Below are positions 12,885 through 24,075 of a stretch of DNA of 64,000 bases, in pieces; positions within the stretch are counted from its first letter, which is position 1; the number at the start of each line of letters is the position of its first letter. Made by a program: the position numbers and the translations under genes. This DNA is from Felis catus (lineage: Eukaryota), in NCBI RefSeq assembly GCF_018350175.1, contig NC_058368.1, forward strand, positions 97,404,001 to 97,468,000, written 5' to 3'. Below the pieces are notes generated by a model that ran no database searches, was not told the DNA's origin, and saw nothing but the letters and a program-made list of their open reading frames with translations.

Positions 12885-13120
12885 GGGGAGGCTGAATGGC
12901 TCAGTCGGTTAAGCAACCAACTCTTGATTTTGGCTCAAGTCATGATCTCATGGTTTATGAGTTCAAACCCCACCCCCTGTTGGGCTCCGCACTAACAGTG
13001 CTGAGCCTATTTGGGATTCTCTCTCTCCCTCCCTCTCTCTGCCCTTCCCCTGCTCATGCTGCTTTCTCTTTCTTTCTCTGTCTGTCTCTCTGTCTCTCAA
13101 AATAACTAAACTTAAAAAAA
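12885..13120 (+). mobile_element. Can-SINE
   Basis: Head, CT tract, TSD TTACTGAAT. Confidence 0.86.
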
Positions 13121-14569
13121 GAAAAATTACTGAATTCATTCATGACAACTAAGAAAACATCTTAGGATTACTTCTTTTTAAATCTAGGTTTATCAAGAAA
13201 TTGGATAGAGGCATAAAAAAGCAACCACTGGGGTGGTATATAGAAGGTGGGAGAGATAATAATGTTTTCCTAGACTCACATCTCTGACTCTGGCTCCATA
13301 CAAATGCTATCCTCCCTTCCTCTTTTCCTTCCTCCTCTCTTTCCTCTCTTCCTCTTCTCTTCCCTTCCTATCATCCTTCCTTCTTTTCTCTCTTTCCTTC
13401 CTTTCTTTCTTCCAAGAAGATATGACTCCAGGCAGTGGTATTTCTCAGACCTATCTCCTGGATAGGTACACAAATAACCAAACAAATCACATAGAGCAAA
13501 TCAATGATAAATGCCATAAACAAAGAGCTATGGACATGGAGGTACAGATTCTGGTGTGTTCTGACCTGGCCACATTCTGGTGCCTTGAGTTCCAGTGTTG
13601 CCACGGCAACACCCTAGACCCACCGCAAATGAACATTCAGTTTGGATCAAGGGTTGTGGTAAGGGAAAGGGGATTTAATAAATGACATATTGTAAGTATA
13701 TGAATGGGTAAACACAACTCTGCTTCCCTTTGGGAATTAGTGGCCAATGTTTTCTGCTAACATCACTTGTTAATTTGTTATTACAATTTAAGGATTTATC
13801 AGTTTATATGATGGATAGTGGAGCTTTGAATATTTGAGAGCAAATAGTAATGTAAAACTACCATTTTGCTTTGTTAAGCATTTGAGAAAACTGGAGCTAA
13901 AGATTTACTGTCCTTATTAAATTTTACATGGGCTAAAACTAAAATTAATTTTAATCTATTAAGAAGATAATGAGCTTTAAGAATAAATCGTAGGAGGGAA
14001 AATGCTAACTAAAATTTTGCAGGAGTTAGCCCATAGAGAAGGTAATCCAAACTCCAATATACATGCCAGGCATTTAAATCCAATCTAATAACATCCTGTT
14101 CTTTTCCTGTTACTCTTAAAAACTTTCCCCAAAGCCTTCATGTTTTTTTCAGTGAATGCCAACTAGCTATGGCTTCTTTTAGCTGCTTCGAACAGATTCA
14201 GATCAAGACCAGATTAGATACAGCAAGCCCTAGTGATGGCATAAACAACCTCCCACAGCTAAACTGACCTGAAATAGTAAGGCAAAACAAAGAATCTTAA
14301 GACACTGAGATGTGAGGTTCAGAGAGGAAAACAATCAGTGTATTCACAGAGGCACTCATGTATCAGTATTTATATAAGTGCCTACTATGGCCCAGGCATA
14401 GAATTGTTCTAGAACTTTTTCCATATGTCTAAATCTACAACGAGAAGCCCCAGGTTTGACCACATTTAAATTTGTGACAATGTATGTGACAAACATTTAA
14501 ATTAGTTACAACTAGTTCTATCTGAATGGGGCTTATATGCCTTGCTATTTTACTTCAAATGACAATGAC

Positions 14570-16335
14570 CACTAACGTTTATTATTGATAACAGAATATT
14601 AAGTGTTTACTGTTTGTCAGAAACTGCTAATCACTTCACTGGCATTATCTCATCTAAACCTCACACCAACTCCACAGAGGAGGTACTACTTTTAATCATT
14701 TTACAAGTGGAGAAACTGAAGCAAGGACACAGTGTCATAACTGACTTAAAAGCCCAGGCACTTATTGTCTGTGCTATACTAACTGGTAATTCTAGTAATA
14801 AAGAAATAAAGCTGTGTTATTTATGTGACTATGTAGTGATTCACTTTGGTGAACCCATCTTGGTGGTGTCTGCTCATATAAATTATTTCAAGTTAAACCA
14901 ACTTTGTCCTCCAATTTTACCTTTCAGGTAAACCACATTCTAGTTAGGCATACACTTTTACTTGCAAAACTAATAGGTAATATTAACTGAGCCTCTAGCA
15001 TGGTCCAGGGGCTGGTCTAATTCATGAAGCAGGTGCTATTTTAAGCCCTGACAGTTAAGTGTACGTTGCTCATGAGAACCTGAGCCAGGATTCAAACCCA
15101 GGCAGTCTGGCTCTAAGGATCTAAGTCACTGCTCTATACAGTCCTCCCACTAAAGAGCTTAATAAGCCTATACTGTGACAAATCTTGTGCCTTGAGAAGT
15201 ACCGTCAAAGAAGAGAGAATTAGAGGACCCAGGACTTCCATTACTTTTACAGCATAACATTTCCTCCTTTGTTGCTAACCCACTGGGGAAGCTAAATTTT
15301 AAGTTCAGAATTAGGCATTGAAAAGGAGAGGAACAGCCAAGGTTACTCAGGTGGTCTAAAAACCCACAGAATCAGCTCCCACTGAAGACCTTGCCATTAG
15401 CACCATCTACTTCTTGATGGAACTGCTAAGATTCACTCTTTGCTGGATAGGAAGAAACATGAAATTCTTCAAAGAAGATAAATTTCTTCTGTCATTGCCC
15501 ATCAGTTAACAGAACATCTGTTCCTCCCGTCTTACTGAGTCTATAACCTTGGGTAGGTTCAATGCTCTTTCGTTCATCTTTGAAATGTCTGAACAAGTGG
15601 AAAGTGCACTATTCATACAAAATATCAATTATACTTATCTTCAGGATTATAGACATAACGACAGATTTTTATGAGGTGATATAAATGATCAATATTTAGT
15701 TAGTGCTTTAAATTTTCACAGTCTTATTTACAAGCAGTTGCAATGCCACTTCTATTCCCTAAGTGCAGAAATGGAAGTGACAGTTTGACAAAGTGACTTA
15801 CTTAAAGTTACATAGCATATTGGTAGTAGATACTAATATCTTGGCTTGCAATTTGTCCAAATTCAAAGTTCTAATGCCAGTGACAGTTATTAAACAGTAG
15901 CAAGATTGTACTGAGCACTTACCACATACTAGACACTGTACTAAGTACTCTAGGTACATAATCCATTCTCATAGTAACTCCATGATGAGGTAGCTGTTAT
16001 TATTCCCATTACAATTTTTTTTAATGTTTACTTATTTTTGAGAGAGACAGAGTGTGAGCAGGGGAGGGGCAGAGAGAGAGGAAGACACAGAATCTGAAGC
16101 AGGATCCAGGCTCTGAACTGTCAACACAGAGCCTGACATGGGGCTTGAACTCATGAACAGCGAGATCAAGACCTGAGTTGCAGTCAGATGCTGAACTGAC
16201 TGAGCCACCCAGGCACCCCATTCCCATTTTATACATGAGAAAATGGAGTCTCAGAGAGGTTAAATCATTTACCCAAAATTGCATGCTTATTAGTGGCAGA
16301 GAATCAGGATCGAAATCCTGATCTGACTCATAGGA
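14570..16335 (-). mobile_element. Cluster of several MIR remnants (about 14570-14780, 14970-15140, 15890-16335)
   Basis: ATTTTACA..GAGAAACTGA and GGATTCAAACCCAGGCAGTCTGGCTC MIR-like motifs. Confidence 0.6.
16015..16219 (-). mobile_element. Can-SINE inserted in MIR
   Basis: Reverse SINE; TSD ATTCCCATT. Confidence 0.9.
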
Positions 16336-17163
16336 CTTCCATTTCCTGGAAAATGGAAGTACACATGTAAAAACACCCCTCTTACCTAAAATGTTAAAAA
16401 GTGAGGGGATGGAGGAAGGCAATGATAGCAATGTGCCACGAACAAGGAAGTACGATTATTAGCTTAAACTTATAAACCTGAACTCCAAAGAAAGGAAAAG
16501 AATGCAAGGATAAGACACACTCCTGTGTCTATCATTAGGTTATCTAGGACATTGCTTATGTTCTAAATAAAACCCCACTGAGTAAGGACATCGAACTGTG
16601 GTTTAGCTGGTTTACCGTAATAGCTCTCTCCATGTACAGTGTTTACTAACAACAATGCTACTTAATAATATAAATAGGAAGCCATTAGTTGATAGTCTGG
16701 AATGTTGGTTTTAGGCTTATGTTATAAAGGATACTACATAAATAGAAATGATACTTGTGGGTACACATCAACAGTTACGTGCACGTACACAGACACATAT
16801 ACAAATAGAATATTCATTGACCATGCCTGTAAATTACTTTGTGCACCTGAATATCAGAACATGACTACTTTTCCAAGTGAAGAGCACCCAGTGAAAAGTA
16901 GATCCATTTGCATCAATTTATACTTATCCAGAATGAAGTTTCAAATATTTGCAGGGACTAGATTATGGAGAGAAAGGGTATCAGAATTGAACATGGGACA
17001 TAATTTTTAAAGCTGACTTAGGGCAGTTGAAAAATGAGTAAGTATCAAGATCAAGATATAATTATGAAAACAGAAGCTTTTCAGATTAAAAAAACACTTT
17101 ATTTTTTAATAAAGAATTATGCTTTTACCAAATCACTTCTTTCCTCTAAATTGCTTTATTCGA

Positions 17164-17192
17164 GTGCTCGCTTCAGCAGCACATATACTAAA
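17164..17192 (+). pseudogene. 3'-truncated (tailless) U6 snRNA retrocopy
   Basis: GTGCTCGCTTCAGCAGCACATATACTAAA matches U6 nt 1-29 at 28/29; flanked by 19-bp direct repeat CTAAATTGCTTTATTCGAG (17146-17164, 17188-17206). Confidence 0.88.
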
Positions 17193-17597
17193 TTGCTTTA
17201 TTCGAGGGATCAAGGGATTAAGATACATACATCGTCCACAATAGATGTGTCATCTCTTATTTGTCACTCAAATATCCTAACCATGCAAGGTGGTTCCAAG
17301 TCCCTGGACTGCCCAAGCCACTTCACAACTTTTGCTTGAGCTTCTTACTTTGTCTAGAAAACACTCTATGTTTCCATCTTCCAAAGACTTAACTCAAGGG
17401 TATCTTGCTTTGAGCAACTGTTCCAGATCCATTAGTATTCTCCTTCCTTGTTTAAGAACTGACCATTTCCTCCAAAGTCCATTTCCCTGAAAATTTGCCT
17501 ATGTGTTAATTTTCATAATGCATAATATCCCTTACTGTATTTACTAAGTTAAATGTTCTCACCTGGCTAGACTGTAAGCTCTGTTGAACGCTGGCTT

Positions 17598-17830
17598 ACT
17601 TGCTTTCTTTCTTTCTTTCTTTATTTTTTAATGTGTATTTATTTGAGAGAGAGACTGAGTGCAAGCAGGGAACGGGCAGAGAGAGACACACAATCTGAAG
17701 CAGGCTCCAGGCTCTGAGCCGTGGTTAGCACAGAGCCCAACAATAGGGCTAGAACTCAGCAAGAACTGAGTTCAAAGTTGGACACTGAGCCGAAGTTGGA
17801 CACTTAACTGACTCAACCACCCAGGCATCC
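17598..17830 (-). mobile_element. Can-SINE
   Basis: Reverse SINE; TSD TGAA(C/T)GCTGGCTT. Confidence 0.87.
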
Positions 17831-18022
17831 TGAATGCTGGCTTTCTATACCAGATTTTTTGAACGTCTCCAAAGATTGAATTGTTTGAGGTGTCATGAGG
17901 CTAGAATCTTAGTTGAGTGCCAGAGCATTTCCTTTCACATTTTGTATAAGCTCCTACTTTCATAAGAGCTACCTTCTTAGGAAACAGAACATTCAAAATT
18001 CTTTAATTTGCTGACCATTCTT

Positions 18023-18535
18023 TTCTTTTTAATTAATTAATTTATTGTTGAGAGAGAGAGAGAGAGCAAGCATGAGCGGGGGAGGGGTAGAGACAGAGAA
18101 GGAGACAGAGAATCCCAAGCAGTTTCTGTACTGTCAGAAGACAGTCAGATGGGGGGCTTGAACCCACAAACCAGGAGATCATGACCTGAGTGGAAATCAA
18201 GAGTCGGACGCTTAACTGACTGAGCTACTCAAGGGCCCCTCTATGCTTCATTTTATAAAGTTTATTTAATTTTTTAATTTAATTTTAATTTTTAATTATT
18301 TTTTAATTTTTAATTGTTAAATTAATTTTTATTTAATTTTTTAAAGTTATTTAATTTTGAGAGAAAGAGCATGTGAACAGGGAAGGGCAGAGAGAGGGAG
18401 AGAGAATCCAAAGCAGGCTCTGCATTGTCAGCACAGATCCCAACTTGGGGCTCGATCTCAGGAACCCGTGAGATTATGACCTAAGCTGAAATCAAAAGAC
18501 TGACACTTAACCGACAGAGCCACCCAGGCACCCCC
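18023..18535 (-). mobile_element. Two tandem Can-SINEs (18535-~18345 and 18238-18023) within one TSD
   Basis: 18-bp TSD AATTTGCTGACCATTCTT at 18005-18022 and 18536-18553. Confidence 0.88.
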
Positions 18536-18770
18536 AATTTGCTGACCATTCTTAAATGGGCCCCTCCTGAGATGAAGATCTCTCTTTGTCTCCAGAGCAC
18601 TTCAAGGACTACCCAAAAAGTATATCTATTATCCTTGTAAATGTTAAGGCTCTTATCTAGCCAAAAACCTCTAGTGAGCACAGTGAGTTCTGCCATCTGA
18701 GCAAATTTTTCCTTCTGGTAAAGGGCTATATTCTAGAACCAAAATGATTTTGTTCTTTGCCGTGTATTTT

Positions 18771-18989
18771 TTTTTTAATTTTTTTTCAACGTTTATTTAT
18801 TTTTGGGACAGAGAGAGACAGAGCATGAACGGGGGAGGAGCAGAGAGAGAGGGAGACACAGAATCGGAAACAGGCTCCAGGCTCTGAGCCATCAGCCCAG
18901 AGCCTGACGCGGGGCTCGAACTCCCCGACTGTGAGATAGTGACCTGGCTGAAGTCGGACGCTTAACCGACTGCGCCACCCAGGCGCCCC
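18771..18989 (-). mobile_element. Young feline Can-SINE
   Basis: Near-consensus, CpGs largely intact; TSD TCTTTGCCGTGTATTTT. Confidence 0.95.
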
Positions 18990-19278
18990 TCTTTGCCGTG
19001 TATTTTACCTAACATTTTTCTGTTTTAGTTTTACAGTATGACCCATCAGAAAAGCAAGGTGAAGTCTGCATTTTCTAAAAGGATTTCTAATAAATGTATT
19101 TAGGACATAGATTTTACAAACAGAGGTCAGAGAGTCGTGAGTTTCCTCTTTTTTAGGTAATGGAAGGAAAGTAGCAGGATTTAAATTACTATAACAATGA
19201 TCAGAAATATGTAACAGAGAAGGTAATAGGATTTCATAGGAGGCAAGCTTCTTTGCTAAGAAATGTGGTATGTTTTCA

Positions 19279-19495
19279 GGACGCCTGGGTGGCTCAGTCA
19301 GTTAAGTGTCTGACCTCAGGTCAGGTCATGATCTCACATTCTGTGGGTTCAAGCCCCACATCGGGCTTTGTGCTGACAGCTCAGAGCCTGGAGCCTGCTT
19401 TGGATTCTGTGTTTCCCCCTCTCTCTGCCTCTCCCTTGCTCATGCTCTGTCTCTGTCTCAAAAATAAATTAAAAAAATTAAAAAAAAAAAAAAGG
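19279..19495 (+). mobile_element. Can-SINE
   Basis: TSD AATGTG(G/C)TATGTTTTCAG. Confidence 0.92.
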
Positions 19496-19757
19496 AATGT
19501 GCTATGTTTTCAGAGAAAATCAAAGATGGTACAGCAGGGAGGAACACCAGATTTAAAGGAGGCCCCAAAACAGGCTGCCTCTGTCTAGCAGTTTAGCCTC
19601 TGTGGTCATTGTTATTACACAAACCACAATGAGAGGCTGTTGCAGGGCTCATTTTAACTTGCAAAAGTTCAGCTCATATTTGGGTTCCCAAAGCAGAAGT
19701 TTCATTTCCCAAGGACTTAGTTAAGTCATACATCTGCTTTTAACAGACACTGTTTAA

Positions 19758-19960
19758 TTTTTGTTTATTTATTTTTGAGAGAGAGTCAGTGTGCAAGTGG
19801 CAGAGGGGCAGAGAGAGAGGGAGACATAGAATCTGAAGCAGGCTCCAGGCTCTGAGCCATCAGCACAGAGCCCGATGAGGGGCTCGAACTCACGAACTGT
19901 GAGATCATGACCTGAGCCAAAGTCAGAGGCTTAACCGACTGAGCCACCCAGGCATCCCCC
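19758..19960 (-). mobile_element. Can-SINE
   Basis: TSD GACACTGTTTAA. Confidence 0.92.
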
Positions 19961-20802
19961 GACACTGTTTAAAGATACTGTTATTTCAGAAGAATAAGGA
20001 ACCCACTGTCTGAAAAACATAGTGCCACTCAAGAATCTTCTTAATTGTGTCTTAGTTCCTGGCCTGATGAACTTTTGAACAAGCTATAATCTGTCAGAAG
20101 TAAAGGATTTATCTCTTCAATATAAATCATATCCTAACTAAAGAACCTGACTGATAAAACTGTATATTCTCATCGGGAAACTTATGACCTTTCTGGTAAA
20201 ACAGTAAATAGAGATTTGGAATCAGTCTTAGGACTGATAGATAGAATCACAGAGAAATTTACTGTCTTTGAGGCCTTGGTTGTAGAATTATGCAAAGTAG
20301 AAGTATGACTGAGTCACATTCCAGGCATAATTGTCCAAGATAATTGTTGATTTTCCCAAGAAAAGGCGAACAAACACCATTTGGATATAAGGGAAATATC
20401 AAATAGTGGAATTATCTGGGAGAACCATAAACTCGTCAATAGAAGGTACCAGAAAACAGTTCATATTCCAAGACTCGCCAGAAAATCCTCACCTTTTGTG
20501 TTCACTACTTGTAAACTATAACATACATGTAAACTACACAATGATCCATACCCATTACTAATCAACATGCCCCGTCCTGCTGGATTGGAATTAAAAGAAC
20601 TGCTTTAAATCAAACTTCAAAGTCCCAATAAATATCCCAACTTTGCCCTTCCTTCTCTGAGACTGATCACAATATTTTGACCTCTAGACTGTTCACCAAA
20701 TCGGCAAGGCTCTTTCTGAGAGAGAGGAGGCACTTCCCATGATGAGTGGAAGCCTTCGGGTCAGGGATGCCAGATTTAGCATATAAAAATATAGGAAGCT
20801 GT

Positions 20803-20947
20803 GGTGCCTAAGTGCCTCAGTCAGCTGATAGTCCTACCCTTGATTTTGCCTCAGGTTATGATGCCAGGGCTGTGGGGTTGAGCGCTGTGTTGGGCTCTGC
20901 ACTGAGTGGGGAGTCTGCTTAAGATTCTCTCTCTCATTCTCTCTCTT

Positions 20948-20985
<38 letters not shown>

Positions 20986-21090
20986 GCCCCATTTCCCTGC
21001 TCTCTGTCTCAAAAAAAAAAAAAATATATATATATATATACATATATATACACACACATATATATATGTACACACAAACACACATATATA
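20803..21090 (+). mobile_element. Can-SINE with (CT)n and (TA/CA)n tail
   Basis: Diverged head, CT tract, polyA then TA/CA repeat. Confidence 0.82.
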
Positions 21091-21938
21091 TGGAACTGCT
21101 CTGTAAGATACTGTAATCATTGATAAATGTCATTACACATTTGTCAAAATCCATAAAATATAAAACACCAAGAGTAAAACTTAATGTAAACTATGATCTT
21201 GATAGTTGTCTATGATAATGTGATTATGTGTCAATGTAGGTACGTCAATTGTAGGAAATACTCCTTTCTAGTAGAAGATATTGATGATGCGGGAAGACAT
21301 GTATGTGTGGGGTATTGGGGAAAAACAATTTCTCTGCTGTTTAAAGTTCTAGCTTTTCTAGAAAAGCTGTCTAAATTGACATGAGACAGATTAACAAGAG
21401 AAAGAAACAGTTTAGTTATGTGCACACAGAGGCCTAATAATGAAATTAAGACCTAGAGAAATGACTAAGGCAGGCAGTTTTTAGACAAAGAGACAAATAA
21501 TCAGTGAAGAACTGACAAGACAAAGAAAAATGATGTTTGGGAGCTAAAATTATTAATGAATTCTAAACAGCTTGGGCTGGGTAGTAAATAGTAAAAAGTA
21601 ACAAGGTTTATTTATTATACAGCCTTCTTGGCACTAAATTCCCTATCTCTGGTACTAAGGATGTCTCTTCACTTCCTGGTACAGGGAGGATATGTTTACA
21701 TGGGAGATTTATTTCCTACTTTACTGAGACAAAGAGGGGTCAGAGTGTTCCTCTTGCACTGGCTGTTTCTTATGTAACTTGTAATTCAAAATAATCAATA
21801 TGCCAAAGTGGCACATCTGGGGATGGCCTTCCCTTCGTCCCTATAGGGGAAGTGGGTATATGGAAAAACTCTGTATCCTTCTCTAAATTTTGCTATGTAC
21901 ATAAAATTGTTCTAAAACAATAGTCATTTAAAAAAAAA
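21091..21938 (+). mobile_element. L1MC-like 3' end interrupted by a solo LTR
   Basis: GTCATTACACATTTGTCAAAATCCATA..AATGTAAACTATG..TGTGTCAATGTAGG; resumes after 21845 to an A tail. Confidence 0.75.
21313..21845 (-). mobile_element. ERV1-type solo LTR (MER34-like)
   Basis: Minus strand starts near GCCATCCCCAGATGTGCCACTTTGGCATATTGATTATTTTGA; 4-bp GGGG TSD (21309-21312, 21846-21849). Confidence 0.75.
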
Positions 21939-21958
21939 TACAGGAAGCCCTGTTGAAT

Positions 21959-22180
21959 TTTTTTTTTTAATTTTTTTTTTCAACGTTTATTTATTTTGGG
22001 ACAGAGAGACAGAGCATGAACGGGGGAGGGGCAGAGAGAGAGGGAGACACAGAATCGGAAACAGGCTCCAGGCTCTGAGCCATCAGCCCAGAGCCCGACG
22101 CGGAGCTCGAACTCACGGACCGCGAGATCGTGACCTGGCTGAAGTTGGACGCTTAACCGACTGCGCCACCCAGGCACCCC
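21959..22180 (-). mobile_element. Young feline Can-SINE
   Basis: Near-consensus; TSD CTGTTGAATTTT. Confidence 0.95.
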
Positions 22181-22499
22181 CTGTTGAATTTTAATTTCAG
22201 ACAAATAACAAATTATTTTTTAGTGTAAGTGTGTCCCTTGTAATATTTAGAACATACATATACAACAAAAATAATCTGAAACACAGATTTAACTGGGCTT
22301 TATTTATTTTATTTGACAACCCTACTTTCAATATGTGTAGGGTATTTGTGGTTGACATATTGTGAGATGCAGGCTTGTGGGTTGTGTAAGTACTACCGGC
22401 AAAGCCAGGGACACTTAATTTTAAATGAAATCTGCTCATCTTGAAATTTCCTCAAGCAAATATTTTTTTGTGTTTGTCATTCTTTTTCCCAGTGCGTAA

Positions 22500-22952
22500 T
22501 GCAGCAGACAGTTTGGTTACGTACCCCAAAGCCACTTCCAGCCCCCTCCTTTCTTGCACTTCTATCTTTAAAGCTAAAAAAATCAGTTATTCACTTCCCA
22601 GCCTCCCTTAAATCCAGAAATTTGTATTGTGACCCATTTTTATATTAAGATATAATAGGAAGTTTGCTTGGTAGCTTCCTAGAAAGATTTTCTTCACTGG
22701 AAAAAGTAAACAAAGTGAGGAAAATACCTTTTTTTCTTTCCCCATCCTTCCTGCACTCCTGTTATGTTTTCTGATGAGGAAAAATTTGGAGTTGCTAAAA
22801 CCAGCATGTGTCCATCAGGAGAAAGCCCACGTTGTGTTACTGTTCCATCTTGGAACTATCTTTGTCCTATGACACAAATACATGTCTTTATTATTTAAGG
22901 CACTGATCGTTGCATAGTCTGTTATATACAGCCTAAAACATCCTACTAAATA
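22500..22952 (+). mobile_element. MLT1-like (ERVL-MaLR) LTR
   Basis: TTCCCAGCCTCCCTT..GTGACCCA and TTATTTAAGGCACTG..CTGTTATATACAGCCTAAAACATCCTA MLT1-type end. Confidence 0.6.
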
Positions 22953-23180
22953 TTATTTATGTTTGGAATATTTAGTATAACCATCATGTTTGCATTTATT
23001 GATTAGGAAATGTATGGTTATGGTCTATTTGTTCCTTCCTAGAATGACTATGATACAGTTGAATAGGTTTTGTGCAAACCTTTGGAGCAACCTATTATTT
23101 CAATGAGAATGAAAAGAAGAACACATAGATAACTGCAATGACTCCATATAAAGGGACCTGTAACTCGAAACTGCCATGCA

Positions 23181-23564
23181 GGGGCACCTGGGTGGCTCAG
23201 TCAGTTAAGCATCTTTTTTTTTTTTTTTCTTAATTTATTTATTTTGGGGAGAGTGCCAATGGGGAAGGGGTAGAGAGTGGGGAACAGAAGATCTGAAGAG
23301 GGCTCTGTGCTAACAGGCTTACAGCAGTGAGCCAGATGTGGGGCTCAAACTCACAAACTGGAAGATGAAAACCTGAGCTGAAGTCAGACACTCCACTGAC
23401 TCAGGCACTCAGGTGGCCTAAGTATATGACTCTTGATTTCAGCTCAGGTCATGATCTTAGGATCTTGAGATTGAGGCCTGTGTGGAGGCTGCTTGAGATT
23501 CTCTCTTTCCCTCTCCCTCTGCCCCTCTTCCTGAATTACACTCTGTCTCTCTCTCAAACAAAAG
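23181..23564 (+). mobile_element. Can-SINE interrupted by an antiparallel Can-SINE (about 23214-23418, minus strand)
   Basis: Outer TSD AAACTGCCATGC; outer head resumes after the inner element. Confidence 0.85.
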
Positions 23565-23636
23565 AAACTGCCATGCTAATAGTATTAAAGTCAATATTTT
23601 GTTGATCTTATCCGATTTCTTACATTCACTCCTTTT

Positions 23637-23794
23637 ATTTGTTTGTTTAGGATTATTCTAGTTCTATGAAAAATACTGTTGTTATTTTGATACGGATGGC
23701 ATTGAATGCGTAGATTGATTTGGGTAGTATGGACATTTTAAGAATATTTGTTCTTCCAACCCATGAGTATGGAATGTCTTTCCATTTCTTTGTG
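23637..23794 (-). mobile_element. Internal L1 ORF2 fragment with TSD
   Basis: Minus strand encodes [43 protein letters not shown](C/T)TCCTTTT. Confidence 0.85.
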
Positions 23795-23884
23795 TACATT
23801 CATTCCTTTTCAAAATAGCTTTAATGAGACATAATTCACATGCTATATAATTCACACTCCCTCTTCAAAAAGGATTTGCATCCA

Positions 23885-24075
23885 GTACCTGGATGGCTCA
23901 GTGAGTTGAATGTCTGGCTTTGGATCAGATCATGATGTCACGGTTTGTGAGTTTGAGCCCCACATGGGGCTCACTGCTGTCAGTGCAGAGTCTGCTTCAG
24001 ACCCCCTGTACCCCCCGCTTCCCCTCCCCAACTTGCACTCTCTCTCTCTCTCAAAAATAAACATAAAAAAAAAAA
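23885..24075 (+). mobile_element. Can-SINE
   Basis: Diverged head, CT tract, A tail. Confidence 0.85.

Larger units (their letters stand above)
17850..20510 (-). mobile_element. Degenerate class I-like ERV pol fragment (RT, connection, RNase H) interrupted by five SINEs
   Basis: Minus-strand translation gives LFAFSWENQQLSWTIMP, KGHK, TKTQLRRFL..RQWVP, NLNPATFLPLP, DGSY, AQMAELTVLTR, LNIYKDNRYTF, LWRQR, KNGQQIKE, KGNALA with stops and frameshifts. Confidence 0.85.
20762..22324. mobile_element. MER53-like palindromic hAT MITE split by nested insertions (pieces 20762-20799, 21934-21958, 22181-22324)
   Basis: Ends CAGGGATGCCAGAT.. and ..ATTTGACAACCCTA are imperfect inverted repeats; internal TAGTGTAAGTGTGTCCC..AATATTT..ACATAC palindrome. 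Confidence 0.7.

Noticed and set aside
20520..20760. Possible LTR adjoining the ERV pol fragment (AATAAA at about 20627)
   Set aside because: No termini, TSD or partner LTR identifiable, and the AATAAA is on the opposite strand to pol.
22380..22415. Possible second U6-like fragment (minus-strand peptide GFAGSTYT)
   Set aside because: Nucleotide match to U6 is poor and there is no flanking TSD.
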